From NCBI GenBank assembly GCA_009602725.1, contig WELB01000016.1, positions 435,427 to 499,426 of the forward strand: a DNA stretch of 64,000 bases, in the 5' to 3' direction. The DNA is from Spirogloea muscicola. Lineage: Eukaryota. The first letter of the stretch is position 1. Each line of letters opens with the position of its first letter. Under the pieces are notes generated by a model. That model made no database searches. It saw only the letters and a list, made by a program, of their open reading frames with translations, and had not been told where the DNA came from. Below are positions 37,830 to 51,568 of the stretch, in pieces. Made by a program: the position numbers and the translations under genes.

Positions 37830-40140
37830 TTATGTGACAACACCTGTAGCTGGAGTAAGTGACGCAGAGGGAACACGGCCACTGGGTGACGGCGGCGGCC
37901 TGGGGGTTGAGGGGCCGGATGACAGTGCAGGTGGGGTGCTGCGCATGGATGCGTTGCGCAGGTCGGCGTTGAGGTCCTCGACAGTGAAGCCGGCCATGTC
38001 GTGCAGGCCCTGGATGGGCCGGAGTGCCTCCACCACGTCAGCCATGCGCGGCCGCTGCTTGGCACGCTTGTTCAGGCACAGCTTGATGAGAGCTGCTGCC
38101 ATCTGCGCACCTCTCACGCTGTAACGTCCCCCGAGCTCCGGGTCCATGATTCTGAGCCACGAGCGTGCAAGCAAGCCAGCCCAACTCTCAGCAAGCAAGA
38201 GCCGGCCCGAGGTGCAGGTGCAGATGGTTCACTGGCGTGTAAGTGCTGCAGCAGTTTGCAATGACACTGGCGATGAGGCAATGGAGAGCAAAGAGATAAG
38301 GAGGAAGGAGGAAGAGAGGAAGGAGGTGGGAGGAGAAGGCAGGACGGACCGATAGAGCTTCTTGGGATTCTCGAGGTAGGGCTCGGCCCACTCGACGAGG
38401 TTGTGCTCCTCTTTCGGGCGGCTCTTATCCATGGCTGTGCGGCCCGTGAGCAGCTCCAGCAGCACAACCCCGAAGCTCCATACATCGCTCGCCGTCGTCA
38501 GGTGGCCGGTCATCACGTACTCGGGTGCCGCGTACCCCACTGTGCCCACAATCTGCAAGGATGGGTTGGCTCCCTCAGCCCAACAGCTTGGAGCAGTGGC
38601 TCGACATAGGAGAATTGGAGCCGAAAATGTATTTGGTCATGGATGATGGGAGGAGGAGGTGGGGAGAGAGGAAAGGGGTCAGAGGCTTGCCCGGGTTGTG
38701 ACATGCGACTTGTCTCCCTCAGGGCCGCTGCGGGCGAGGCCGAAGTCGGACAGCCGCGCCTCCCACCGACGATCCAGCAGTATGTTAGAAGTCTTGAAGT
38801 CGCGGTAGATGACCTGAGGCACCCGCACCGAACCCAGCATGGCCAGTATCAGGGGCAGCCCATAACTCGGGCAGTCTTTTCATCAAGAGGCCTCGAAAGG
38901 GCAGTGATAGGGAGCCCAAGCAGGAGGGAATTTGATTGCGTTTCTGGGTACACCAGACGCAACCAGACGAAACCAACAAGAACTCAAATTTTGCAGCAAC
39001 ATTCAAGTAATTAGTGGCAAGAGAGAGAGAAGGAAAAGTTATCAACAACAGTCATCGTTCATAATTGCCTCATCTTGAAGGAAGAGAGTCAGTGCATGCA
39101 CCGGAGCCTCAGCCTCGTCATGCAGGTAGGTGAGGCCGTTGGCAGCGCCCAGCGCGATGCGCATCCGCTGGCTCCAGGCGAGCGGTGTGTCGCCGGGCGC
39201 ACGGCGGAAGAGCGCATGCTCCAAGCTGCGGTTGGGCATGAACTCGTACACCAGCAGGCGCTGCTCGCCGTCCGCGCAGAAGCCAATCAGGTTCACGAGA
39301 TTCGGGTGGTGCAGGTGGCCCAAGAAGCTGACCTCCGTTGTCCACTCCTTCTCCCCCTGCATCACCCTCATCCTAACTTGCATTGTCAGGAAGCACAGAG
39401 GGAGGACCATGGAGGGAGAAGGGGGATGGAGGGAGGGAGGACGGCCAGAGTGGGAGCTGTGGGGTGTCCTTGACTGGGGGCCTTGCCTGGAAGCCGGCGG
39501 TGTTGAGGACCTTGACGGCGACGGGCTCAGAGTGGCCGTCGGCGCTGTCGATGAAGCCCTTGTACACGGACCCGAAGCCGCCGCCGCCGAGGTAGCCTGT
39601 GGCATCGAAGCCGCGCGTGATCACCTCCAGCTCCGCCAGGCTGAACCCGCGGAGCCCCGCCGGCTTACGCCGCGACGAGCGCGTCACTGGCGGCGGCGCG
39701 GCTGCCGCAGCGTCCTGTTGTAGTGGCTCGGCGACTGATCCTGATGAGAGCGCCGAGCGGTTGCGCTGCAGCGACCGCTTCTGCGCAGCGTCCGCGGCGG
39801 CCGCCGACGATGAGTGCGCCCACCCGGCCGACGCCGACCGCGACAGGGTCTTGAGCGCGGGCAGCAGCTCCGCAGACGCCGGGGAGCGGGCAGAGACCGC
39901 GGAGGACGGCGCCGGCAGCGGCATGGGCGTGCCGCCGAAGGCCGAGGTGGGCGCGACTGCCGCGCTGCCGCCAGGTGGCGGCGGTGGCGGCGCTGCCTTG
40001 AGGAGGGCGGCGGCGAGCGCGCCGCCGCCGCCAGCGCTAGGTGCGGTCGTGGCCGCGGAGTGCAGGCTCGCCGTGTGCTCGGGGGTCCGGTGCTCCGCGA
40101 CCTTGCGCTTTGGTGCCGCCCCGAAGCTGAAGCACCCCAT
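37830..40140 (-). CDS. Receptor-like cytoplasmic kinase, RLCK-VII (PBL-like)
   Basis: MGCF N-terminus, [74 protein letters not shown]. Exons 40140-39487, 39356-39102, 38814-38691, 38552-~38351, ~38152-37830. Confidence 0.93.
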
Positions 40141-40526
40141 GTCGCCGTTGCTAGCGGCCGCTCGTGGTGGCAGCACAGCGGCAGCGTCGCCTACCCATGC
40201 TGTCGGGTCTGCTCTGCTTCCTGGCCCAGCAATGTGGGTCCTGGCTCCCAGACGGTGGCACCTTGCCTTGCATTGCTATGCGGGGCCCCACCTCCGCCAG
40301 GCTCCTGCTTCAATGGGACCCCGCGCATCTCCGTTCTGCAGATGGGTGTTGGCGGTGCAGCCTATTTGCGATGTGGGCACACTGCGCGGTGCTCGACCGG
40401 AGCTGCAGGCAGATGCAGCGAGCGCGGGCCAGTGGAGGAGTTGGGCGAGAGGACTGTGGCTTGCGGTGGCGGACATAGAGCGGGCGGGGACGGGCGCAGC
40501 GGCCGTCCCCGCGAGCGCGCGCGCAC

Positions 40527-40528
<2 letters not shown>

Positions 40529-40574
<46 letters not shown>
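40529..40574. repeat. (GA)n microsatellite between the divergent RLCK and SAC9 genes
   Basis: Pure GA run ending at an n. Confidence 0.95.
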
Positions 40575-41059
40575 NGGGGTGGGGGTGGTGGGGGGAGGTT
40601 GGGGTGGCGCTGCGGAGTCAAGGCCGTCAACGTGGGGCGGCGACACGCCGACGAAACGACGATAGGTCTCCCCTGGTCCGTCGTTGTCGGCAGCCTCTCC
40701 GTTGACGGGGCCCCGTCGGCCCGAGCCGCCGTTATCTCCCCGTCCCCTTCCCGAGCCCAGCAACCCCGGCACCGGAGCCCGCGGCGCAGAGCCCGGCGTG
40801 GCTGCGCTGCCACCGTCGTCCGCTCAGGTCTTAGCGCGCTTCTGCGGACAAAGAGGAGGTCGCAGGATCGACTCCGAGGTCCCGCAGCATGCGCCGCATG
40901 CCCGAGGCGGGACCTCCCACGGCGCCCGCTGCGCAGGAGCTTCTGTAGCTCGTCTTGTGGTGGTCAACGACGGCTCGCAGCGCTGCTGACAGCTAGTCGG
41001 CTCCTGGAGGATGTTGGAGCGACGACGCTGGGCGCCGCTCGACCGGACGGCACTGGAGC

Positions 41060-44000
41060 ATGGCGGCGCAGCTGAGTGAGCCCTCTTACCCGTCAAGGGC
41101 AGGGTCGCTGCTGTTTGCAACCGTTTCTGATGCTCTTTCCTAGGCCCATGTTGGGGTCTGGAGATGTGCGCGACTTGACAGCCTGATAATCTATTGGACG
41201 AAGGCGGAGGGGATGATCAATTCCAGAGCCGAGTACAACTGCCGCGCTATTAATGAGTAAGCTGACGCTTCATGTCATACGTCAGGGGATGGGAGGTTGA
41301 CTGTGGTGGAGCTGGCATCCGGGGACTCGTACATAATCTCCAGCTGCCCACGAGAGAAAGACACAAAGCTCATCGCTGTGGATCCCACCACGGGGGTGCT
41401 GGATCACTGTGGTCGCAGTGGAGTCAGTGTGTTCCTGACGGAGCATGATTGCCTCGAACACATCACGGTCGCTGGCCGGTTTCCCATCAAGTCTGCAGTG
41501 CAAGGCAAGGCTCTGATAGGGTATGCTGCACTTGGAGCAGTTGGCGCTGTACTGCTGGCCACCAAGACCAGATTGTCTATTCCAAGCCTGCCTGGAGGCG
41601 ATGCTGTTCACACAGTCTCAGGTATGGTCCATAGGGTCACGGTCCATAGGGTCATGCGGATCACAAAATCGTTTGGAGCATGTACTTGACGAGTCAAGAT
41701 GACCACTTGATAGGTATGGGTCCACAAGGTCTGCTGCGAAGGCAAGGAGACACGACTTTGTTTTGAGCGTTTAGTCCTGATACTTTGGGGGGCGCTCATC
41801 CTCTGCGTGCTTGCCACACTGCAGAAAGCCAGTGGGTCAGGGCTCGTCTGCGAATGCCACACGTCCAGACAAAGGCAGAGCTGAAGGCTGCCGAAGACCT
41901 CATGAGTATTTTAATAGACAATGTCCACTTTTACTGTGAGACCAGGGACATAACAAGACCGTTCCCGAGTAACAACAACGTGGATGATCCTGATGAGGAG
42001 TTCGTTTGGAACGAATGGCTGTCTTCCCCTTTCAAAGACATCGGCTTGAAGCACCACTGTGTTGTTCTTCTCCAGGTATGACGGTCTCCTCTCCCTCAAC
42101 ACCAAGTTGGCATCTCGAATTAACACACGTACATATTGAGTTCATTGGTGCCTGCTCAAACAGCTGATACAAAGTTTGGCTTCCTGCAAAAGTAGGACTT
42201 GCCAACTCTTGAGCGCATAGGATATCATGCATCTGCACAGCTATGTGGTGCTCTTAGACGAGAATCTGAGAGTTGGCAGTCTTGCAATACTCAGATAGTC
42301 CACAAAATCAGAAGATGGCAAGACTGTCCCGCAGCTCGTCAGGACAATGCTTTTGCACATCCACATTCTGTGGTCCTTTTACGATAATGGTGATGATGAT
42401 GCGAAACATTGCCACTGAATGATCATGGAGAACTCCACAGGGTATGGCTGAGAGCCGCACTTTCACGGACGCTTGTGACAAGCTACTGAACGTTGCACTA
42501 GTGGCGAGGAGGAGTCGGATGCATCCAGGCACAAGATACTTGGCCAGGGGCCTAAATGCTGCGGCTAGCACTGGTACTCAAGTGCGATATAACACTTAAG
42601 TATCAGTGTTAGGCATTTCCAATGGAGCTGTGATAGCACCTAGTGGGCCTGATCATTTGGCTAACACTTGAGTGCTCTTACCTTGACCAAAGAGCGCTGA
42701 GAGCACTCAGAATGCTTACAATGCAGGCAATGAGGTGGAGTGCGAGCAGCTTGTCTGGCAGGCAGAAGCTGGAGGGCTTTCAGGTAGATCTCCATTCTGC
42801 ACCTATGTGTGGCGGCGAGGGACTGTCCCAATATGGTGGGGTGCGGAGATAAAGACTTATGTCAGTGAAGCAGAGATCTTCGTTTCCGACAAACCCTATG
42901 AAGGAGCTGCTACGTATTACAAGCGACTGCAGCTACGATATGGTGCCCGAAGCCGAGAGCAAAAAGGAGCGGATGCTGCACAGACTCCTATATATGTGCT
43001 CAACTTGCTCAGGAATGGTCCAGGAAAGCCAGAATCCGTGCTGACAGAGCACCTCCACCACAGCATTCGTCAGATCGTCACGAACAAGGAGCTGCCAAGG
43101 GCTGAGCTGACAGCACTGAACTTCGATTGGCATGCCAGTACCAAGGCTGTGGGAGAAGCAAGGACTGTTGAGGACCTTTGGCGGGCATTGAAGGAGCCAA
43201 CTAAGCTTGTGGACTTCACAAGTGGAGAGTACCTTGCCATCACACGTAAGGACCATGGTGTAATTGCAGGGGCATCAGATGGTCAGGTCGATGGGCATTA
43301 TACACTCAGCACATTGCAAACAGGAGTGATACGTTACAACTGCGCAGACTCTTTAGATAGGACAAACGCTGCCAGCTTCTTTGGAGGCGTGCAGGTTCTT
43401 GCAGAGCAGTGCTCGAGACTGGGCAGCTCGTTGAAGTCCATGTCCAGCAGAAACGCAGGACTCAACTTGGGTGCAGCTTCTCTAGGGGTGAACTATGACT
43501 CAGTACTCGGTCGGACAAGTGCTTCTGCTGCTTCCTTTTCGCCGCAAACTAGTGAGCCACCTGCTCTGCCTCCAGGTTGGGAGATGCGAAAGCACGCATC
43601 TGGCCAGTATTTCTACATTGACCACATCAGACGTGTGACGACTTGGACTCGTCCATTGGAGCTGGTGGGCACAATCGCCGTCGATGTCGACCGCCGGGAT
43701 GTCCCAAGCAAGCATAATGCAGTTGACGAAAGACGAGCAAGTGAGCCAGTAGAGGGGCGGAACTTTATTGATGAGGCAGAACCATGGGCTTGGTTTGACT
43801 TGTCAGTTGAGGCTCTCAAAGCGAGAGCTCTTGCAGCTCCTATAGCAGCTCTGGCGGAGCTTTTCCTCATAGCAGGCGACATTCATGCTCTTCTGTACAC
43901 GGGCTCCAAAGCCATGCACTCTCACATCATTCAGATCTTCAGCGAAGACCCTGCCAAAATAAAGCGAGCCAACGCTGCGAGCAATGTTGCTATCACGCTG

Positions 44001-47000
44001 CAACGTCGCTACCTCAACATGGTAGTGGACTCCTCTAGACAGAGGCAGCTGGAGGCATTTTTGGGGTTAGCCCTCCCGAAAATCTGTCCTTCCCTTGCTC
44101 TAAGACCCCTGGAGGTGCGTGAACATCTCATGTCCATGACAAGTCCACTGTGTAAGCTGCTCACACCACAGTGCTGTGATCTAGATGACCATAATTTAAG
44201 GCTATGGTCTCGGAGGATGAGATCATCCACTTTTTTGGTGTTTTGATCACTGCTGATGTGCATTTTTTGTCTTCCTGGTTGTAAGGTCCTTAGTCGTGCT
44301 TATGCATGTCTACTCAAGCCAGTACCAGCCCACTTCGCAGACATGCACCCTCTTGAGGCCCTGTTGAGCCAGAGAACAAATAGCATCACCTGGGTAAGGT
44401 CCGTTGACCCCTTCTGGAACCACAGTGCCGTCTCGACATCCACGTGTTTAGATGTTGCAGTCGTCTTGACTTGTCTGATGTCCGTGCTATTGCTTGGCCA
44501 TTGTAGATGTCCAGAGCGTTGAGGTAGAAAGCAATAGAGAACAAGAGCAGGCTATGGCCAGATAATCGATTGTAAAAGAAACATGGGCTGACGGTGCAAG
44601 CAGAACTATGCGGTGATGTTTTCATCATGAGGTCCGAGCAATAACTGCTCATTTACGACTATCAGCTGGTGCTTATCAGACAGCTGGTATACGGACCACT
44701 GATTGAACCATGTATTGCTTCGCCTGTGCAGGTCTGTCCTGTTGCAGCAGATATAGTAGAGATCTACATATATCTCAGAGAGCCCTGTCACATCAGTGCG
44801 CTTATTTTGACGTCAGCGCATGGTGTCGACGAAGGCTCAACACCGTCCTGCATGGATGTGCGTGCTGGCCAACACTTGGATGACATGCAGCTGCTTCTAG
44901 AGGTGAGGAGGACTGATTCTTTCTCTTTGACATTGTGAAAGCAGGGTATTCGCAGATATGCAATTAGGGCAATGTCATTTTCTCAAAGATTTCTACATGG
45001 GCCTTAATGTCATTCACCGTGAATGTGTCAGTTGCTGTACTGGTGGCGCTGCACATGTATATGCTAACCAACCTCAGCATTCTACTCTCCCATTTTACCA
45101 CAGGGGGCAAGCATACCCAGGTGTCCAGCAGGGACAGCTCTGCTGTACAATCTGGCAGGATGTGCTAACGGACTAGCATCTGGGAGATGGCACTCAAACA
45201 ACAAGCCCTTTATGCTGTACAATTATGAGCAAACAGTCAAACAGTATAATTTCCTCACCCGTGTAGTTGCCGTCACCTTCTACCCAGCGGTTCCTGGGGT
45301 ACCGATGACGCTTGGACAGGTTGGCTACCTTGCAGAAGTCTGTGATTAGCAGTCCTCCATTTCGACTACATGATACTGACATTCTTCGATAGTCACGCTG
45401 TCATTCTGACAATGCCTTGCTTGCCTTGCAGTTGGAGGTGCTTGGTGCATCCTTACTTGGTTATCGATTTTCACCACCATCACAAGCCTCTCAGCAGTTA
45501 CCTCGTAACTCGGGTGGCGTAGCACAAAGTCAAGGCTCTGCAGATGCATCTAGGAGCAGCACGCACTCAGCAAAGCCTGAACAGCCAGTGACCTTTGACC
45601 TGCTTTCCGGGGATCCTCTGGGCGTGCAAGATGTTATCAGTGGAGCTCCTCTTGGTGAGAGTAGCATAGTCAATCCAGCAGGTTTGAGGAAAGTTCCACA
45701 GAGAAATGCACCTCTGCCTCTTGGAACAGCAGATTCTGAACATTTTGCCAGCAGGAGGACTTCAGGACTCAGAATATACCAAAACCTAGTCCACAAGATC
45801 TGCAGCCCACAGAGGGTGAGCTGGCCATTGCTGCTCCACCATGGAATTTCTACTATCAAGTCATGATTGCACATAGAGTAACTTAGGGAAGCTCTGGTTC
45901 AGCATGAGCTTGTGTTACTTGCAGGATGCTTGTCTGCCACCCCTGGTCATCTTTTCAACATGCATTTTGGTAGCTAAATTACCTCTTTTATCTGCACTTT
46001 AATTGTGGGCTGCAGGATGAGGTCATGAGCTTCAGTCTGGCGCTGAGACTTGATGCTGCAAGGCTCAGGCTTGGCTTATCATCTCTTGAGAGGGAGCAAG
46101 TCCTTCTTGGAAAACTTGGAAAAGATCCCCACTCCCTGGACCCAAACCATCTGCTAAGCACCCCCCAGGAGTTCCTCCAAGTACACAGAGCAGCTGCACA
46201 GCTGTCGCAACTGGTCGATGAAGATGGTCAGACAGTTGCTGACCAGGGAGACCTCCTGGGTAGGTGCATACGAGAGGACTGTGAAGTGGGATCTGGCAAG
46301 GGGGGTACACATGAGCCAATAACAGACGTGGATGAATCAGAGTATGTGCAAGGAAGAAATGGAAGTTTTGCGCCCCTGCAAGCATGCCAGTCCTGTAAGA
46401 GGATGGCTTGTGGAGCCTGTGTTGCTGGTACGGCTGGCACACAGCTAGTGGAGAGGCTTGCCATGGTTGCACCTGCCTCTCATGCGTCCACCTCAAGAAG
46501 CACAAGGGCACATACTCTGAAGGCCATGCTCTGCTGGGACTGCTGCCCATCTTTGGTCAGGAATGCCTTGCTACTGAATCAGGTCCGGGCCTTGGAGACA
46601 AGGAGACAAGCCTGCCAGCTCTTAGATAGTGCTGCTGCAGCCCTATCGATGCTCCGCACCTCTGGTGTCTGGAATAGGGGGCCAGAAGGAGGTTTGCCAG
46701 GTGTCCCCAAGGAATTGGTCTCACTAGCTGAACACCCATATGGGGCTTTGCTATTTGCTGTAAGTAATAATATGCACTACATGTGTGCTTTTATTGCAAG
46801 GCAACCTAAACATACATGCTCTGCGGTTTGCACTAGGACAAGCAGTAGCATAAATCGGGAAGATCATTTTCTGGTTGGCTTGCAGGAATATCTTCTCATT
46901 CTTGATTCAGCTGGCAGTTGCTCTATTGTATCTGTACTCTTAGGTACCCACTGCAGATGGTTATGGGCCTGCCCAGTCATTGCTGTGGAGGCCTACTTTG

Positions 47001-48782
47001 AAATTGCCAGCAGCTTGTTGGCAAGCACCAGCTGGAGCACTTTCAGTTGACCTCTCCATAGTCCTCTCCACTCCTGGAATACTTTTCAAGCTCGCCTTCT
47101 ATCTTGTCCCTACTGCACATGTACCCTATGAGTTGGCGGTATGTAATTATATTATTGCCTTTCTTTGTGCTAACCTACAGCTGTGTAGCTCGTGTTGAAC
47201 ACCATCTGTTGCTATCACATGGTCATGTTGACCATACAGAGGTTGTCTTACATGTACTCATGTACCTTGTCAATACCTGGCCACTTTGACGTTGTTGACG
47301 GGTCTGCAAGTTTGGGCAGGTGAATATGTGGACTGGCAACAACGTAACAGAGCGCAAGTTAGCAGGGAACTGGAAGTTTGTCAATGATCAGCAGCACGTT
47401 GTCTTGGACCTTGAATCTCCTATCTATTGCAGGATTGTATCACTGAGAATCGAAGTTCAGACAACCTCAATTTCTCAGTCTGCACCGCTGCTTGACCTGC
47501 TTAGCATGGATGACATGCCTCCACCATCACCTTCTAGCATACAAGAAGGGAGACTACCAACCCTGACATTGAGGAGGATAGTACTTCTGGGAGTCCCCGA
47601 CTTCAATGAGTTTGCAGCCCTTGCTAAGAAGCCGGGCTCTGAAACAGCTGCCTATGCTGCTCTGCTAGAGACTCCCCCAAAGTTCGTCCGTTCCAGGGTG
47701 AGCCTATGTGGTTATTGATGGTGCCCCTACTAAGCGGCTGTCTTTTCCACCTTATTCTGGCTACACACCTGCATCTCTGCATTGGACTACTGAATGAGAC
47801 CATTATTCTCACTGGATGAGCAGAGTACAGTAGGCAAAGTAGCTATTCTATGTCAACTCCATATCATGGAGTGCTATCTCACAGCATGCGAGGAGCCTGC
47901 ACAACAGGATATTCCTTTTGTAGAAACCTGCAAGGCTCAGCAGCTCCTGAATCTAGGAAGCTTCATGCTGACGATGCCCACCACAACTAACCTGCCCTTC
48001 TCCTGTGCACACTTCGCGCATTTGCATACTGCAGGTTCAAGTGGAAGGTGAAAAGAGCCGAGCAGGCGGGCGAATCATTGAATTGGTCATACACCCAATG
48101 GTTCCAGAGGTTGCTGGCTTCAGATTAGAGGCCCTAAGTTGCGGCCTGAGCACGCCACCGGGTCTGGCACAAGCTGCTGTCTACAAGGATGCAGCTGAAG
48201 CTGAGATGCTGAAGCATGCCCTTAGTGATTTCCTTTTAGCCACTGGGTCACTCATTGTACATGTCTCAGCCGTGCAGGTCAGTACATCATTTGCCTCTAA
48301 TGGCTTCATTGTGCCCAATGGTTGTATAATCGCAAGCTGTAATATTAAGTTCTTGCAGTTTCTTATGTGATTGACGAAGTTCGATTTGATAGCGTTGCAC
48401 CTTCGGAGCTTCACGCAGCATCCTAATTCATAAGTGATGAGGCTTCAGCTGCTAGAGCTTCCTTACCTTGAGTAACAATCTAGAGGCAATCTTGTACCAG
48501 GATTCTCGAGGGCCTCTTCCTTTGGGCGAGTTTGCTGTACCTGTAGTGCGACCAGGAACATCACTCTGCTTTGATTTCCCCTCTCCAACAAGCGCAAGGG
48601 TTATCATCCTTGAAGTCACTGGTGATGTCACTGGCTGCCCTGATGAATCCCTCTTGGATCATGGCGACCTTGGGGGTAGGGAAGCAACAGTGTGTGGCTT
48701 GTCCTTGCTGAACAAAGTTAGATTGTATAGATATGTGCATTCCGGTGAGCTTGGCAAATGGGCTCAGGTAAACGCACCCTGA
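41060..48782 (+). CDS. SAC9: SAC9-like phosphoinositide phosphatase with WW domain
   Basis: DTKLIAVDPTTG, ARRSRMHPGTRYLARGLN, NEVECEQLVW, WRRGTVPIWWG, catalytic RYNCADSLDRTN (~43332-43367), WW LPPGWE...YFYIDH...TTW, C-terminal LSLLNKVRLYRY...ELGKW. About 13 exons. Confidence 0.93.
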
Positions 48783-49569
48783 TCTCAATCAAGTATTGCC
48801 CGGCAATTCGCTGCAGTCATTGTCACTGAGATAGCTCTTTGACTACAGTCAGCAGCAAATGAGGACGAGCTTGTACACCCTGACTACGCAAGGTCACCAA
48901 CCCATTCGCCTTGTAGGAACCTACATGGGAACCTCTAAATCAGACATCGTCCGTTTGAGTTGTGGCTGTCTCATTCATGACATAACAAGATTGACCTGCA
49001 GTCTTGTTACAATTTAAAGAATGATCTTTTCTAAGCGACTATAATTAGTAGCTTCGTGTGTGAAGACACAGGACATGTTTACTACACAGTTCGCTGGTGC
49101 AGGGCACATGCCATATCGCTGAACGCATACTTGACCAGCAATTTGCCGGCATGGGAAAAGCTAACACAATTTGCACGAGCTCGGGATCTTGGAAGTGTAG
49201 ACCTTCTGTGTCTGACGAGGCTTCTGCATTCTCTCAATTGCCTCCTTGGTAGAGCTTCAATTCTCCACACCAGGCCGGCACAGCCAGAGTCGGAGGTGAG
49301 CAAAAGGGGATAGGTGCTGCAAGGGCAGTTGGCTAAGCAAGGCAAAAGAGAACCATGATGAACAGGCCCTTCAGATGAGGGACAGTGGCTGAAAAGGGCA
49401 ACCCAAAAGAGTGGACCAGGTCGAGGGGAAGCCCCAAAGTATGTAAGGATCAACCACCCTAGCAAAAATAGCTGCTATGACGATGCCATCAAGTAACCCC
49501 GTGTCAACCAGCCGCAAGTCAAAATGAGTAGCAGCAGGGGTAGAGGATCTCTTTCCAAAGAAGAAGACG

Positions 49570-50040
49570 AAGCAGCTCTTACGAAGTGGGCGAGGGCTGT
49601 GAAAAGCCAGCCCAGAGAAGAATGAGCAAGGTCCAGAAGGAACAGCTTTGCCAGAGACCGTCCTTGGCCATCTTTTGTGGTACTTGCATAGCATACGATG
49701 TGATTCGCAATTTCCGGGCCCCTTCGGCGACCTCGATCATTCTTTTCCAAGCTGGCCTCTCACAGCCCTCCCATTTGGAAGAGCTCTCTTCTCTGCCAGA
49801 GGTGGGTGGCTGCAGGTGAGCGAAAAGACAGACAGCTTACAATGCAAGGCAAAGACAGTCGGAGGCCAGCCCCAAGATATTGACAAAAGAAACAAAGGAC
49901 GGAAAGAACGTGGGAAGGACTTCCCCACATGGTAAGAACCTTCTCTGACAAGTGGGGGCGATGGTTGTAGGAGTGCTCGGCCATAGAGGGTAGGGGCTGG
50001 GCTAGGGGTAGGGGCTGGTTGTAGAAGGCTAGCTAGCCCC
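49570..50040. repeat. Cluster of GGGCTGGC tail-motif copies in both orientations
   Basis: Copies near 49572-49640 (-), 49750-49790 (+), 49832-49885 (-) and 49970-50040 (-). Confidence 0.65.
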
Positions 50041-50300
50041 CTCGGCAGTGCCACGCCCCTGACGCAGATCCACGATGGCGATGCACCTCATCGGAGCGTC
50101 GGAAGCGCGCCGCTTGGCAGGCAGCCGAGGAGTTCGGAGGCGCCCTTCTTTCCCAGCCTCAGCAGCTTCGTGGTAACTTCTGGAACCAACCGCCCACCGG
50201 TTAGCAGGGGGCCTTCTACAACTTACCCCCCCGCCGCCGCCTCCCCGAACTCCAGTTGCCGTCGATGCCAACCGCAGTCACACGCCATCGCCGCCGCCGC

Positions 50301-50332
<32 letters not shown>

Positions 50333-50614
50333 TGCCACCGCCGCCGCGGCGTCAGAGAGACGCCCTCCCCGCTGCACCTTGCTGCCCATCATACGACCTC
50401 AGGCCTGCCTTTTGCCGCCTGCTCCTGTTCGCAGCGCACCGCTCGGAAGCGTGCAGTGCTCTAGACACGACTCCGCTGACACCTCTGCGTGTGCTCTGCT
50501 CTGTGCTGCGGCTGCCGCCGCCGTCGCCTCCGGCTCGGCTCGTTCCACGGCCCGTGGAACGCGTCTCCACGCCACACTGGCCGGAGCACCGCGCCCGAGC
50601 AGGTAAGGCTGGGC

Positions 50615-51568
50615 ATGGCGCTCGAGGACCCCCTGCCTCTCCGCGCCCAGCACGAGTCCCGGCATGCTCACAGTCTCGCCAATACGGCGGGCGGGCACGT
50701 CTCTGCCGTTAGGCCTGATGCCGCTGCTGGTCATGCCCACACCCGCCTTCCGGTGGCCTGTGGCCTTGCCGCCAGTCCTGGCGATTGTCATGGTCGTCCG
50801 GCACCTCATGGCGAAGGCCTGCACGACGGGCTCCGCGCCCGTCACAAGCTGCGTATGCTTCACGGTCGCGCTGGGGGACATTGGCCGGCGCGCAAGGGCC
50901 ACTGCGGGACTCGAGCCACAAAGCAGAGGGCCAGGCGCCTCAGCTCTGTTCCTCCGGCACCTCGTAACACCACCCAGTTCATAATGCACAACAAGATGCT
51001 TGGTGTCAAGCACTCGCTGGGAGGGCGCGACCACATGACTGACTCGGCAGAGCTCCTTGGCGTAAACGCCTTTGGTTCCATGAGGGATCAATTTGTCCGG
51101 CTGAATGTTGGACGAGACGGTAGCAGCCCTATACAAGAAGGCCTTCTATCGACGGGTAATGGCCAGGAGCTGGCGGGAGATGCTATTGCTCCTGTGTTAG
51201 GCACTCTTGCTGAGAAGGACAGCACAGGCATGGTGCAGGGCGAATTGGACCATGTGAAGGAGACTGAATTGAAGTTACCAAGCAAAAGTCGTCGCTGGTG
51301 GTCGAAGAAGGGGCATCATTGCGTGAACAAGCACTGCAGACAGACGACGATTGGCCTGAAGCAGGCTGTCAAGAGCCTGCTTCTTGAGCACTTGGACATG
51401 AAGAAGCGCTTGAGCACCTTAGAGCAGGACATGACAAGAATGAAAGGGTCCCTTCAAAGCAGGATTGACAGTTACTACGAGGGTGGGGCACAGCAGGAGC
51501 ACAGCACTGACTCCTCCAACATCCCAGTTGAAAGCAGCCGGAATAGTCGCAGAAGACAGGACTGTTAA
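50615..51568 (+). CDS. PRL1-interacting factor A-like protein (APRNTT motif, coiled coil)
   Basis: APRNTTQFIM, GVNAFGSM and a C-terminal heptad region LLLEHLDMKKRLSTLEQ. Start uncertain because a strong donor CAG|GTAAG lies at 50603. Confidence 0.65.
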   Translation: MALEDPLPLRAQHESRHAHSLANTAGGHVSAVRPDAAAGHAHTRLPVACGLAASPGDCHGRPAPHGEGLHDGLRARHKLRMLHGRAGGHWPARKGHCGTRATKQRARRLSSVPPAPRNTTQFIMHNKMLGVKHSLGGRDHMTDSAELLGVNAFGSMRDQFVRLNVGRDGSSPIQEGLLSTGNGQELAGDAIAPVLGTLAEKDSTGMVQGELDHVKETELKLPSKSRRWWSKKGHHCVNKHCRQTTIGLKQAVKSLLLEHLDMKKRLSTLEQDMTRMKGSLQSRIDSYYEGGAQQEHSTDSSNIPVESSRNSRRRQDC

